From a bacterium (GTDB taxonomy: Bacteria; Hinthialibacterota; Hinthialibacteria; Hinthialibacterales; Hinthialibacteraceae), in contig JBHGBC010000024.1 in assembly GCA_041946805.1 (NCBI GenBank), positions 1 to 51,835 of the forward strand: a DNA stretch of 51,835 bases, given 5' to 3'. A program made the position numbers and the translations under genes. How positions within the stretch are numbered: position 1 is the stretch's first letter; each line of letters opens with the position of its first letter. Below the pieces are notes generated by a model. The model did not search any database. It was given only the letters and a program-made list of their open reading frames with translations, and was not told where the DNA came from. Positions 1 to 9,583 of this stretch are shown here, one piece after another.

Positions 1-111
1 TCACCCCGGCCCTCTCCCTGAGGGAGAGGGGATTTTGGGGGGCGGTTTTCATCGATTAGTCCGTAGATCTGCAAACCGGCGGTCTAAAAAAACACACTTG
101 CCGGATGAGCC
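1..111 (+). mobile_element. Right half of MITE-like REP-carrying element (truncated by window start)
   Basis: TCACCCCGGCCCTCTCCCTGAGGGAGAGGGG REP core, then right-end motif ACACACTTGCCGGATGAGCC resembling the right TIR of the copies at 16531-16741 and 40348-40558. Confidence 0.7.
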
Positions 112-123
112 ATTGAGAACAAT

Positions 124-162
124 AAAAAAAGGGCATGAGCTTTCACGCCATGCCCTTCTTTT
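124..162. terminator. Intrinsic (probably bidirectional) terminator
   Basis: AAGGGCATG (129-137) / CATGCCCTT (149-157) stem with A-run before and T-run after; downstream of the 238-591 gene. Confidence 0.7.
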
Positions 163-237
163 GATATTGGCAAAACCACCTTACTACATAACAGTGCTCT
201 CAGTAGCTCGATAGGATCCGTTCCGGGATCAATAATT

Positions 238-591
238 CTATTCCGCCTTTTCCGCCAGTGCCGTTTGGCCTTCGCTCTTGCCCGCGGCGCAGCATCCTTC
301 CGCCGATGCCGTGGTGGTTTGGCTCATGGGGCAACCTTTGGCTTCCTTGCATTCAGCGCTGGCCACGCTTTTTGCCATGGGGCATTCACCTTCCGCGGAG
401 GTCAGCGCCGCGTGAGCAGAAGTGGCTTCCGTTTTGGAAGCGCAGCACGCCGGGGTTTCATCCGAGCTGGTGATCACCATGGTCTTGTCGGCCGAAGCGG
501 TGGCGCTGGAGCCCATCATGGCGGAGGCGACTCCATACACCGTCACACAAGCAATCATCGCAATCCCAATTCCCATCCAGATTTTCTTCAT
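238..591 (-). CDS. Small exported Cys-rich low-complexity protein (putative metal-binding)
   Basis: Signal peptide MKKIWMGIGIAMIAC...; AAAGGAG RBS at 601-607; CC, CPM (x2) and CC motifs. Confidence 0.75.
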   Translation of the reverse strand: MKKIWMGIGIAMIACVTVYGVASAMMGSSATASADKTMVITSSDETPACCASKTEATSAHAALTSAEGECPMAKSVASAECKEAKGCPMSQTTTASAEGCCAAGKSEGQTALAEKAE

Positions 592-624
592 GATCCGATT
601 CTCCTTTGTGAAGTGATTGGGGAT

Positions 625-652
625 ATATTACATGATTTATCTAATTTGTCAA
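625..652 (-). promoter_or_regulatory. Putative sigma70 promoter for the 238-591 gene
   Basis: TTGACA (652-647), 16-nt spacer, TAATAT (630-625) on the minus strand. Confidence 0.5.
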
Positions 653-753
653 CAATGTGATTATACCGATATTTTGGCACAGATGCAAATAAATCCGCGC
701 CATTGGGAGGGAGAAATTCATAAAAAGGACGAACATGACTGAGCAGGTATCGC

Positions 754-785
754 GGGTGGATTTCGCCGCGCTCAATCCACCCTGC
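754..785 (-). repeat. REP-like hairpin (GCAG/GTAG type)
   Basis: GGGTGGATT...AATCCACCC inverted repeat followed by TGC; similar in layout to 15440-15473 and 47269-47301. Confidence 0.55.
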
Positions 786-792
786 ACATGGT

Positions 793-1689
793 TCATTCCT
801 CCCGGAACCAGAAGTAGCGCAACAACAATAAATCCAAGGAGTTTACCTTCCCATCGGAATTGATGTCCGCCTGGCTGCGGAGTTCCGGCGGGATGGTGGG
901 GATTGGTGTCGGCGTAGGTGGAATCGTGGGAGACGGGGTCGGCGTGGGCGTAGCGGACGGTCCCGGAGTATGGGTGCGTGTGGGGATCGGCGTGGGAGTG
1001 GGCGTGCCTTCGATCGCGTATACCAGGTCAAGCATATTGATCACATTCCATGAAGGGTTCTTCTCGTACTGCGTATTGGAAGGCGAATTCGACATGGAGA
1101 AGGTCAGGATATGATGGAACAAATTGTATTCAAACTGGGAACGGTCTTGGTCGGGCAAGGGGGTGGCGCTGCGGGCGGGGATGCCGACATTGAACCGTTG
1201 TCCGGTTTCGAAATGATACATCCGCAGCACGACGCTGATGGCCTGGCCGTCACCGTTGACATCCCGCCGGGACAGGGTTTCGTCATGGAGAAACAGCATA
1301 TACCGCCCTTCATCGGGAGTGATCACGCTGCCGGAGAGTCCATCTTCGTTGGTATCGATCAACGCCTGCTTTTTATTGTCCCAAAAATACAAACGCCGGT
1401 TGTCCACCTGGGTCACGTTGTCCGACAACACCACGCCGTCCCGGGTGACCGATTCCACCCGCAGATCCACAAAGCGGATCATATCCAACCGGATATTGCG
1501 GATCGGCGTGGGTATGGCTTGCGGCCGCTGGGCGTTGTTGGGTGACAGAATCGTGGGGCGCGGCGTGACATTCTGCGCGGATGCTCCCCACACGCCACCG
1601 AATCCCAAGAAAACCAATACCGCCAGCCGGACCGATATCATTCGCCCGCTGGCATCGCTCCCGGTTTGATTCCAAGTCGTGAACCGCAC
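793..1689 (-). CDS. Secreted protein with Pro/Thr linker and C-terminal dockerin-like Ca-binding motif
   Basis: Hydrophobic signal ending ASA; TPTPTP linker; ADINSDGKVNSLDLLLL dockerin/EF-hand-like loop; start could be GTG 1689 or a later ATG. Confidence 0.75.
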   Translation of the reverse strand: MRFTTWNQTGSDASGRMISVRLAVLVFLGFGGVWGASAQNVTPRPTILSPNNAQRPQAIPTPIRNIRLDMIRFVDLRVESVTRDGVVLSDNVTQVDNRRLYFWDNKKQALIDTNEDGLSGSVITPDEGRYMLFLHDETLSRRDVNGDGQAISVVLRMYHFETGQRFNVGIPARSATPLPDQDRSQFEYNLFHHILTFSMSNSPSNTQYEKNPSWNVINMLDLVYAIEGTPTPTPIPTRTHTPGPSATPTPTPSPTIPPTPTPIPTIPPELRSQADINSDGKVNSLDLLLLRYFWFREE

Positions 1690-1912
1690 GTTCCCTTCCT
1701 CGCTTGTTTGATTCTGTTTTTTATTGCATAACGGTTTCTATCATGTTCTTATCGAAAAGAGCAATCCAGCATTTCACGTTTAAAAGCGGATCCAAGATCA
1801 TGCCGAAATTCGGGGCAATCCGTCCACCAACCGGTATGCCTCCAAACTATAGGAAATATTATCCGGTTTGACAATTCCCACTTCCGGACGAGGGGAAAAT
1901 GCAACGAATCAA

Positions 1913-1938
1913 CCCCGGAGGATTGCTCCCCTCCGGGG
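1913..1938 (-). terminator. Hairpin terminator downstream of the 1993-3408 gene
   Basis: CCCCGGAGG / CCTCCGGGG stem. Confidence 0.5.
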
Positions 1939-1992
1939 CTGGTTAAAACGGCCGTGGGAAACGGGCATGAACGCGGCGCCGGTGACCGCCAG

Positions 1993-3408
1993 TTACCGGT
2001 CCACTCCCAGAAACTCGCCCGAATAGATCGCGTCCTTCTGAATGATGTACACTTCCACGTTATCGATGTACACTTCGCTGGACATAATGTTCCCCACCAC
2101 CTGTACGAAGGGAACCACGAATCCGGACTGGCATTCGTGCAACGCCGTGATACGCCGCCAGGCCTTGGTCATGACGGACGATTGCATCAGCTGATCCATT
2201 CCCAGGTCCGATCCGGTGAGGTTACCGTTCGCGTCCGTTTCGATCAGGCCCACGAAGATTTGCGCCGAGGGATTGTTGCTCCAGACGCACACACGCGTCA
2301 GGGCCTTGGTATCGGCCGCCACGGGATGACTCGTCCCGAACAGCAGCAGAGATCCCTGTCCCGGCTGAACGATGAACCGCAGCGCGTTTCCCCCGGTTCC
2401 CAGGGCTTCGCCGCCGGCTGGCAACACGCTGGTGATGTCGGTCAGGGCGGGTTGCAGCACCGCGAAGGTTCCGGCGATAACCTGAACCTCGTTTTCATCC
2501 ATATTTCCCCGGTCCAGCGTGTTCCGGTACGACGGGACTACGGGCGGGGGACCAACCGCCGGGGTGGGAGTTGGGGTGATGGGGGGAGGCGCGATTTCGG
2601 ATGAAGACAGCCATGCGTCTCCGCCGATGGTGAGGGTCCGCTGCATCGTTCCTTCCAAGTACTTGACGGTTCCCAAAAACGGCTTCTCACCCGATTCGCC
2701 TTGGGGAACGCTGAGCGTATAGATAATCACCTGGCTGGATACGCCCACGGCATCGAACAACACCCAGCCGATGCGGCCCGTTTGTTGGGAAGACGCCTGA
2801 GGTTGCGCGGAAACGAGACTCCAGCCGCTGGGAATCTGCTCTTCCACAATAAGTCCCACCGGTCCGCCGCCGCCGATGGTGATCTCCAGGGTGATCCGCA
2901 CGGACTCACCCGGCTTGTAACCATCCGGCAGGATCCGCTCCACTTCCACCGCGCCGCCGGGCGGCGGCGTGGGAACCGGCGTCGGCAAAGCCGTGGAAGA
3001 GAGAATGCTATCTCCGCCAATGGAAAGGATTTGTTGGGTGCCCGAATCCAGAAATTTGGCCGTTCCCGAAAACGTCTTAATCCCCGATTCCGAAACGGGG
3101 ACCGAGAGGGAATAAACGAGGATTTGCTGTTTCACCCCCGCGGCGTCGAAGAGCACCCACCCGATTTTCCCCTCCTTGAGGGACGATTGCGGGGGAGTGG
3201 CCGCAGCCAGGGTCCATCCCGCGGGGACCGCCTCCTCCACGATCAAACCCGTGGGCCCGGTTCCGGAGACCGACACCTCCAACGTGATCTCCACGGTCTG
3301 CCCCGGTTGGTAGAAATCGGGCATCGAACGCACTACGTTCACACCGCTCCAAACGGGGGAAGCGGACGCGAAGAGAATGCAGAAACTTAATAGACGATGC
3401 GGTATCAT
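1993..3408 (-). CDS. Secreted surface protein with two tandem Ig-like beta-sandwich repeats, PT linkers and a C-terminal beta-rich domain
   Basis: Signal peptide; ~115-aa internal repeat (VxRxxPDxYxPGxxVxITLE...GLIVEExxPxGWxL...IGWVLFDA...IGGD) present twice. Confidence 0.8.
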   Translation of the reverse strand: MIPHRLLSFCILFASASPVWSGVNVVRSMPDFYQPGQTVEITLEVSVSGTGPTGLIVEEAVPAGWTLAAATPPQSSLKEGKIGWVLFDAAGVKQQILVYSLSVPVSESGIKTFSGTAKFLDSGTQQILSIGGDSILSSTALPTPVPTPPPGGAVEVERILPDGYKPGESVRITLEITIGGGGPVGLIVEEQIPSGWSLVSAQPQASSQQTGRIGWVLFDAVGVSSQVIIYTLSVPQGESGEKPFLGTVKYLEGTMQRTLTIGGDAWLSSSEIAPPPITPTPTPAVGPPPVVPSYRNTLDRGNMDENEVQVIAGTFAVLQPALTDITSVLPAGGEALGTGGNALRFIVQPGQGSLLLFGTSHPVAADTKALTRVCVWSNNPSAQIFVGLIETDANGNLTGSDLGMDQLMQSSVMTKAWRRITALHECQSGFVVPFVQVVGNIMSSEVYIDNVEVYIIQKDAIYSGEFLGVDR

Positions 3409-3443
3409 GGGCTTTCTCCTTTTTCATTCCGGATCCACGACCC

Positions 3444-4196
3444 TTATGGGCGGCAGGTCCAGTTCCCCAATGAATCCCCGGTGTATCCCCGGGGGCAGGC
3501 CCACATTTGGATCGCGAAAAGCAGATCGAAATCCGGAACCCGTCCGAAAGCCCAAAGATTGATGTAATTCAGCAACTCGAAATCATCGATCTCCCCGTCC
3601 TGGTTGTTGTCCGCGGGATGCCTACGGATCCCGGCGGGAGTCGGCGTCACCATCATGACGGGAGTTGGGGTGGGCGTAACCTCCACCCGGGGCGGCGTGG
3701 GCGTGGGGACCACCGAACCGATCATCACGCCGCCTTCGGTATCGCGCGCCGCCTCCAGATCTCCATACTTGTAGAAAATGTCCACTACCGCCGTTCCCGT
3801 TCCGATCATGCTGATCCGAAACCGCAACCGCAGCAGAACGCCGTCGGTTTGAATCGGAGTCCCCCGTCCCTTGTCCGCCGTGACACGAATCACGCCCGGC
3901 GCCAGATCCTGAATCTCCACGGAAGTGAACTGGAGTAAGAGGGTATTGGTATTGTCATTACCCAGGTACTCCAAGTTCAATACATCATAGGTGATGTCCA
4001 GCTCGAACGAATCCACCGGTGATACCGGCACGATCGAGACGGGCACTACCACCACGTCCCCGGGCTCCCCGCCCATCAGGCCCACTTCGAGCAGCGTGGC
4101 GTCCCGCTGAGCGGCGCAGGGCTGAACGGCCGCCAGGCATCCAAGAACCACGAGCCCTATAATTGGAATCCAAGAATGAAATACACGCATGGCCAC
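3444..4196 (-). CDS. Secreted cohesin-like domain protein with PT linker and C-terminal dockerin-like module
   Basis: Signal peptide; GEPGDVVVVPVSI...SFELDITYD...LEY...DGVLLRLRFRI cohesin pattern; HPADNNQDGEIDDFELLNYINLW Ca-loop. Confidence 0.7.
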   Translation of the reverse strand: MAMRVFHSWIPIIGLVVLGCLAAVQPCAAQRDATLLEVGLMGGEPGDVVVVPVSIVPVSPVDSFELDITYDVLNLEYLGNDNTNTLLLQFTSVEIQDLAPGVIRVTADKGRGTPIQTDGVLLRLRFRISMIGTGTAVVDIFYKYGDLEAARDTEGGVMIGSVVPTPTPPRVEVTPTPTPVMMVTPTPAGIRRHPADNNQDGEIDDFELLNYINLWAFGRVPDFDLLFAIQMWACPRGYTGDSLGNWTCRP

Positions 4197-4300
4197 CCTC
4201 CCATTATAAATTTAAAAAAACACATATCTCATTTCCCGGCAGAACAAAAAAAGGAAATCGCGATCGCATAGGGCGTTAAGGACAGAACGGCTTCCCTGCC

Positions 4301-6280
4301 CTAGGCGGAATGATCCTTGACCAGGGTGATCCGGTCCGTCACAGATCGAGAGCCGGTCTGGGGCGCCAAGCGGGATTCGTCCCGCTGGCCTTCCATCCCC
4401 GCCTGATCCTCCAGACAAGCCACGTGAGGCCGTTCAATGGTGTTCTCCAGCCATTCGAGTATAACACCGGACATCGCGCGTGTATGGTTGGGGTGCGAAA
4501 ATGCATGGTCGGCCTTGGGAATCACGTGGTATTTGAGGGAGAGGCTGATTTCATTTTTCCTCCGGCTCAAAAACTCCAGGACCATGGAAAAATCGTTGAA
4601 GTTAGTGGTGTTGCCGAACAGGCAGAGAACCGGCAGGTTTTTTTGCAGGCATTCCACGAACGAATAAAACAAGTTTTTGTTCAGCCGCGGACCGAATTTC
4701 TTCTGGAGGAGCCGGAGATGGTTCGTGTGGGAATAGAAACGGGTTACCAACGACAACGCCGCGCGCGAATAATGGATTCCCGTGAGGATGAACGGTTTGA
4801 CCCATTTCCAGGTCTTCACCATCTTGGTCGAGTTGAGTCGGGGCATGTAGAACTTGGACCACAAGAGATAGACCAAGTGATCGGCCACTCCCTCGGAATA
4901 GTTCTTCCCGCTCTGCCGGAACGGCAATTCCAGGGGGACGATTCCCCGGACACGGCCATCGTTGGCCGAAACCAACACGGAGGTGATGGCGTCGCCGCAC
5001 AATCCGATCAACACGCAGGAAGAAAATCCCAGTCCCCGCTCCGCGAAATTCACCGCGGCCACGCAATCCTCGAACATCAACCCGGTCTCCATCGCATAAA
5101 ACAGCTCGCCTTCCGTTGCGAAATCCTGGCCGCCCAGGCTCTCCCCGAATCCCCGGGGATCGAAACACAACGAGGCCCAGCCATGTTTCGCCAACTCCTC
5201 CGCGACACTCCGGTACAAGGCGCGCCGCCCCTGCATAATCACCAAAGGCCTGGCCCGATCCACCGATACCGGCCGTTTCAGGATCCCCCAGATGGGAATA
5301 TCCCGGACGGTGAATTGCACCAGCCGTTCCTCGTCCCGCCACAAAGAATCCGGATGCGTGGGCACGACGTGAAGTCCCGCCGCGGCTGGCTCCACCGCCT
5401 CCACGCCGCCCGCCGGAATGAGCGCCCGTGGGCGGGATTCCACATCATGCGCTTCGATCCAAGACCAGGTGCGGCCGAAGATGGCCCGCGTGTCGGTAAC
5501 ATATTGCCGGTCCACGGTCCAGGGGACCGGAGCTTGGCACACGTCCAACGTCGTTTCCCCGCCCTTGTTATATTCGGTTTTGAGGAGTTCGCAGATCGAA
5601 CTGACCTGGGGATTGGACCGGTTCTGGATATTCAAGATTAAAACCGGTCCCCGGCCCGGACGTTCTTGGCATAAGAGATCCCCCGCGGAAATGGCATGAT
5701 ATGTCTCCCGCGTCAGATAATGACCGTGAACCACCACTTCCCGGTCGTTCTCCAAATCATCGCGCAACTGGTTCCGGGTCCGGCCGGATTCCCCGCCCTG
5801 GATCATGCCTCCCGCCAGCGCCGCCCGCAACAACTCGTTGATGTATTCCTTGCCCAGGACCACCGGTTCCCAGAGCGCCAGCATCGGATCGCCGCCGGTC
5901 CGAATCGCCGCTTCCACCGCCAGGGCGGCCCCCAACCGCAGGCCGCACAGCCCCCGGCAGGGAACTCCGGCCTTGTTTTCCAATTCCCGGACCGCGGTGA
6001 GGATGTCTTCCACATGGTCGTTGGGCGTATAGGCCGCGTAGGGCCCCTCGCTATCCCCCCGGCCCCGGTAATCGAACCGCAGCACCCAATAGCCCCGGCT
6101 GGACAATTCACGCGCCCATTCGACCATAAAACGGCGGGAATTGATACGTTCAATCCCAAACGGCGCGCACAGAATCCAACCGGCTTGTTTCCGTGATTTC
6201 TCCGCCGGATAGTACATCACCCCGTAGATTCGTTTCCCCGTTTCCCCAAAAAAGAAGGGTTGTTCAAGCATCATGACCAC
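4301..6280 (-). CDS. Tandem double alpha/beta-hydrolase (resembles fusion of exosortase-associated hydrolase-2 and hydrolase-1 types)
   Basis: Domain 1: LRFDYRGRGDSEG, GLRLGA, LWEPV; domain 2: FDPRGFGESLG, GLCGDA, ADHAFS. Confidence 0.75.
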   Translation of the reverse strand: MVMMLEQPFFFGETGKRIYGVMYYPAEKSRKQAGWILCAPFGIERINSRRFMVEWARELSSRGYWVLRFDYRGRGDSEGPYAAYTPNDHVEDILTAVRELENKAGVPCRGLCGLRLGAALAVEAAIRTGGDPMLALWEPVVLGKEYINELLRAALAGGMIQGGESGRTRNQLRDDLENDREVVVHGHYLTRETYHAISAGDLLCQERPGRGPVLILNIQNRSNPQVSSICELLKTEYNKGGETTLDVCQAPVPWTVDRQYVTDTRAIFGRTWSWIEAHDVESRPRALIPAGGVEAVEPAAAGLHVVPTHPDSLWRDEERLVQFTVRDIPIWGILKRPVSVDRARPLVIMQGRRALYRSVAEELAKHGWASLCFDPRGFGESLGGQDFATEGELFYAMETGLMFEDCVAAVNFAERGLGFSSCVLIGLCGDAITSVLVSANDGRVRGIVPLELPFRQSGKNYSEGVADHLVYLLWSKFYMPRLNSTKMVKTWKWVKPFILTGIHYSRAALSLVTRFYSHTNHLRLLQKKFGPRLNKNLFYSFVECLQKNLPVLCLFGNTTNFNDFSMVLEFLSRRKNEISLSLKYHVIPKADHAFSHPNHTRAMSGVILEWLENTIERPHVACLEDQAGMEGQRDESRLAPQTGSRSVTDRITLVKDHSA

Positions 6281-6336
6281 CCAGCCGGCTCAAATCAACG
6301 CTCCCATCCCCGGTCCCCCATCGCCCTGTTTCTCCA

Positions 6337-7362
6337 CTATTTTTTTGTCGTGCCGGCTTTTCCTCCTTCGCCGGGCCACAATGCCTCCTGGATGTATCCG
6401 ATGGTTTCATCCTCCTGCGTTTTCCGCAACCGCGACAAACCTTCCTCGCGGCTCATGTACCCTTCCCGCACCAAGTTGGCGATTTCATAGGCGTACGGAT
6501 TGAAGCCATATTGTTCTTCATGAATCTGGTTGGCGTAGGCGTTCAACAGGCAGTTGGTCGAATTGGCGTCCGTATCGGCGGGCGCCTGCCACCCCATTTT
6601 CTGAATCCGTTCGTAGATCTCCTTCTCGTCGTACGCCAAAAAGGCCAAGGGATTCACAATGTACGGAAAAAGTTGTTCTTCCTGAAAATGCCGCTCTTCC
6701 AAATAGTAGGGATCCACCAACGGCCCCAGGTGTTCGTGCAACGAATGCGTGATGGCTTGCTGCATGGCCCGCAACATCCCCGTGTTGCTTTTAAAAATCG
6801 AAGCCGGAATGGGCGCCTGTCCGGGCGACATGCCGAAAACGACGAAGGGGATGCCCTTTTCGATCGCCGTTTTCAGGCACAACGCGCGGATCAAGGAGAT
6901 GCAGTTGGTGCAGATCGCCGAGGCGCGCTGCAAGGCCTTGCCGGTCTGCAAGGTATGGTCCCGGGCCGCCACGATCATCTTTTTGAAGACTTCGTAATGC
7001 GGCGTGAAGGCGATGTGGTCCACCTTCAGGCAACGGATCACGTTGGCGATGTTCCGCAGGGCGGATTCCGATTGGAACCAATTGTTGAACGAGAACGCGA
7101 GGACACGCAGATCATACCGTTCCGTCATCAAGGCCAGGGTGTAGGTGCTGTCTTTTCCGCCGCTGTAGGCGATCAGGCAGTCATAACTGCCCCGTCCCTG
7201 GTTTTTTTCGAGCAGGTCCTGAAATTTCCGGGCGTACTTGTCCCGCAGGGCCGCCAGCTCCTCGAGGTCCTTGGCCGTGGCGCAAAAATTACAGACGCCC
7301 TCCCCGTTGAATTGTATGCCGGGAAAATGATCATCTAACACGCATCGTTTGCATATTGTCAT
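6337..7362 (-). CDS. N-acetyl-sugar amidotransferase-like PP-loop ATPase (WbuX/WbpG family)
   Basis: N-terminal CxxC...CxxC (CKRC, CNFC); YDCLIAYSGGKDS PP-loop; C-terminal VREGYMSREEG; ATGA overlap with the upstream gene. Confidence 0.8.
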   Translation of the reverse strand: MTICKRCVLDDHFPGIQFNGEGVCNFCATAKDLEELAALRDKYARKFQDLLEKNQGRGSYDCLIAYSGGKDSTYTLALMTERYDLRVLAFSFNNWFQSESALRNIANVIRCLKVDHIAFTPHYEVFKKMIVAARDHTLQTGKALQRASAICTNCISLIRALCLKTAIEKGIPFVVFGMSPGQAPIPASIFKSNTGMLRAMQQAITHSLHEHLGPLVDPYYLEERHFQEEQLFPYIVNPLAFLAYDEKEIYERIQKMGWQAPADTDANSTNCLLNAYANQIHEEQYGFNPYAYEIANLVREGYMSREEGLSRLRKTQEDETIGYIQEALWPGEGGKAGTTKK

Positions 7363-8660
7363 ATTCTAATCCCCTGATTGTTACCGCTCTCTTCGCAGCC
7401 TTCCTGGAACGCCTCCACTACCCGGTCGATCTGTTCCCGGGTGATCACCAACGGCGGCTCGATCATCAATACGGACGGATTGCCAAACGCTGGAACGGCC
7501 AAGACGCCCCGCTGGATCATGGCCCGGGCCAGGTCCCCCGCTTTGCGCGGTCTTCGCACCTGTACTCCAATCAGCAGCCCGACACCGGAAACGGATTCGA
7601 TCACCTCCGGATACGCCGCCGCATGCCGCGCCAGTCCGTCCAGGAGCCGGCGCCCCTTGGCGGGACATTCCGCCAACAGGCCTTCCTCCCGCAACACCTC
7701 CACCGTGGCCAGGGCCGCCCGGCAAGCCAGGACGTTGCCCCCGTACGAGGAAGCCGACATGGGAAAGCTCAGGCCGAACCGCTTCCAAATTTCCCGGGAG
7801 GCCACGACGGCCCCCACGGGCACCAGGCCTCCCCCCATCGACTTCCCCAGCACCAGTATGTCCGGAACGATCCCTTGCCACTCGCATGCAAACATGGTTC
7901 CGGTCTTGCCGAAGCCGGTCTTGATTTCGTCGAGGATAAGCAATATTCCCCGTTCACCGCACAACTTGCGCACTTCTGGGAAATACCCCTCCGGCGGGAG
8001 GTATACCCCGGATTCATGCTGGACGATTTCCAGCAAGACCGCCGCCGTGTCCCCGCCGGCGGCCTCCCGCAAGGCTTCCAGATCGCCAAAAGGCACGAAC
8101 GTCACTCCGGGTACCAGCGGTTCGAACAATCGGCGGAACGTGTCCACCCCCGAAACCGACAGCGCCCCGAAGGTGAATCCATGAAAGGAATTCCGCGCCG
8201 CGATGATCCCCTTCTTTCGTTGCTGCAAGCGGGCCAGTTTGAGAGCGTTATCGATGGCCTCGGATCCGCTGTTGCACACGAACGAGCAAGCCAGTCCGCC
8301 CGGCGTGATTTCCGCCAGACACTCCGCCAGCCGGACCTGCCATTCCGTAATCAGCGGTTTCGAGATCAGGGAACACGCATCCAATTGGTCCCGCAAGGCA
8401 TGGAGCACGCGGGGATGGTTATGTCCCACGTTGACCAGCCCATAGTTGCCCACGCAGTCGATATACAAGACGCCGTTCGATCCAGTAATGACTGCGCCTT
8501 CCGCCCGGACCGCCGTCTGTTCGATTCCCAGTTGTTTCAGATATTGGGGATAAGCGGGATTGATCAGCCGGCCGTATTTCTCATAAATCTCCGCATCGCG
8601 GATAGGGGAGCCATTCTCCCCTCCACCCGCCCGGCCTGGCTGCGGATTGATTGAATTCAT
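7359..8660 (-). CDS. Class-III PLP aminotransferase (ArgD/putrescine aminotransferase-like)
   Basis: GHNHP, NSGSEA, FHGFT, ILDEIKTGFGKTG, DILVLGKSMGGG (PLP Lys); GGAGGA RBS favours ATG 8660 over 8669. Confidence 0.88.
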   Translation of the reverse strand: MNSINPQPGRAGGGENGSPIRDAEIYEKYGRLINPAYPQYLKQLGIEQTAVRAEGAVITGSNGVLYIDCVGNYGLVNVGHNHPRVLHALRDQLDACSLISKPLITEWQVRLAECLAEITPGGLACSFVCNSGSEAIDNALKLARLQQRKKGIIAARNSFHGFTFGALSVSGVDTFRRLFEPLVPGVTFVPFGDLEALREAAGGDTAAVLLEIVQHESGVYLPPEGYFPEVRKLCGERGILLILDEIKTGFGKTGTMFACEWQGIVPDILVLGKSMGGGLVPVGAVVASREIWKRFGLSFPMSASSYGGNVLACRAALATVEVLREEGLLAECPAKGRRLLDGLARHAAAYPEVIESVSGVGLLIGVQVRRPRKAGDLARAMIQRGVLAVPAFGNPSVLMIEPPLVITREQIDRVVEAFQEGCEESGNNQGIRI

Positions 8661-9292
8661 ATCCTCCATGAAAACACATTGTACCTGACTTTATGGGATG
8701 GAATCATTATTTTTTTTAATATTCTATCTGTTCTTTTTTCACCGAACAGATATGATTCAATCATACAAGAGAGTCCGGAGGTTCGGCCGGAAACGGCCGT
8801 TCGGGAAAAGAGCGGCTGGTGAGGTGGGGTAATTTTTTTTCTTCCCGATCCGATTTTCTTTTATAATAAAAAGGGATTCCCGAACATCGAACTAGGGATA
8901 ATGGATTATTTCGGAGTGTAATCCATGGGTTTTTTGTTTATTTTCCCGAAATATCCTGCGGCCTATCGTATTATCTACGATTCATCATGCCAAAGGAAAA
9001 TGATTTAGTTGGGCTTTCCGGCATGGAACCTGGAATGACTCAACAATATCCTTAACCGATGGAGGTGAGAAAAACATCTTTTTCTTCATAGCCGGGGAGA
9101 TCTCTTCGATGAGGGAAGACGGCGCGGATGAAATCAAGGCTGATGGGGTGTCTGGAAAAGCGTGGAGTCAAATATTTAAAATTTTGCAATATAAATTAAA
9201 TCCCGTGTCATTCCCTTCCGGAGGATCCACTTCCGTTTTTCATCAGGGAAGCGGGCTGGTGGGATTCTGGATGTTGGAAAGGAATAGGGAAT

Positions 9293-9559
9293 ATGAAAGA
9301 TAAAATTCGGCAATACATTCTAGACTATTACATGATGGGTTCCTCGCCGGACACACTGGATGACGACGCCTCCCTCCTGGAAACGGGGGTCATCGATTCC
9401 ACCGGTGTCCTGGATCTGATCGCTTATCTTGAAGAACAGTTCCAGATTACGGTGGAGGATTCCGAAATGATCCCGCAAAACCTCGATAGCGTCAACCACT
9501 TGTGCCATTACGTGGAACGCAAAAAGGAAGCGGCCTTTTCGCCGGCGGCTTCAAACTGA
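9293..9559 (+). CDS. Acyl/aminoacyl carrier protein
   Basis: 88 aa, acidic; LLETGVIDSTGVLDLIAYLEEQFQI phosphopantetheine-Ser motif. Confidence 0.9.
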   Translation: MKDKIRQYILDYYMMGSSPDTLDDDASLLETGVIDSTGVLDLIAYLEEQFQITVEDSEMIPQNLDSVNHLCHYVERKKEAAFSPAASN

Positions 9560-9583
9560 TCCGGCCCGGGGGGAGGGGGTTCT

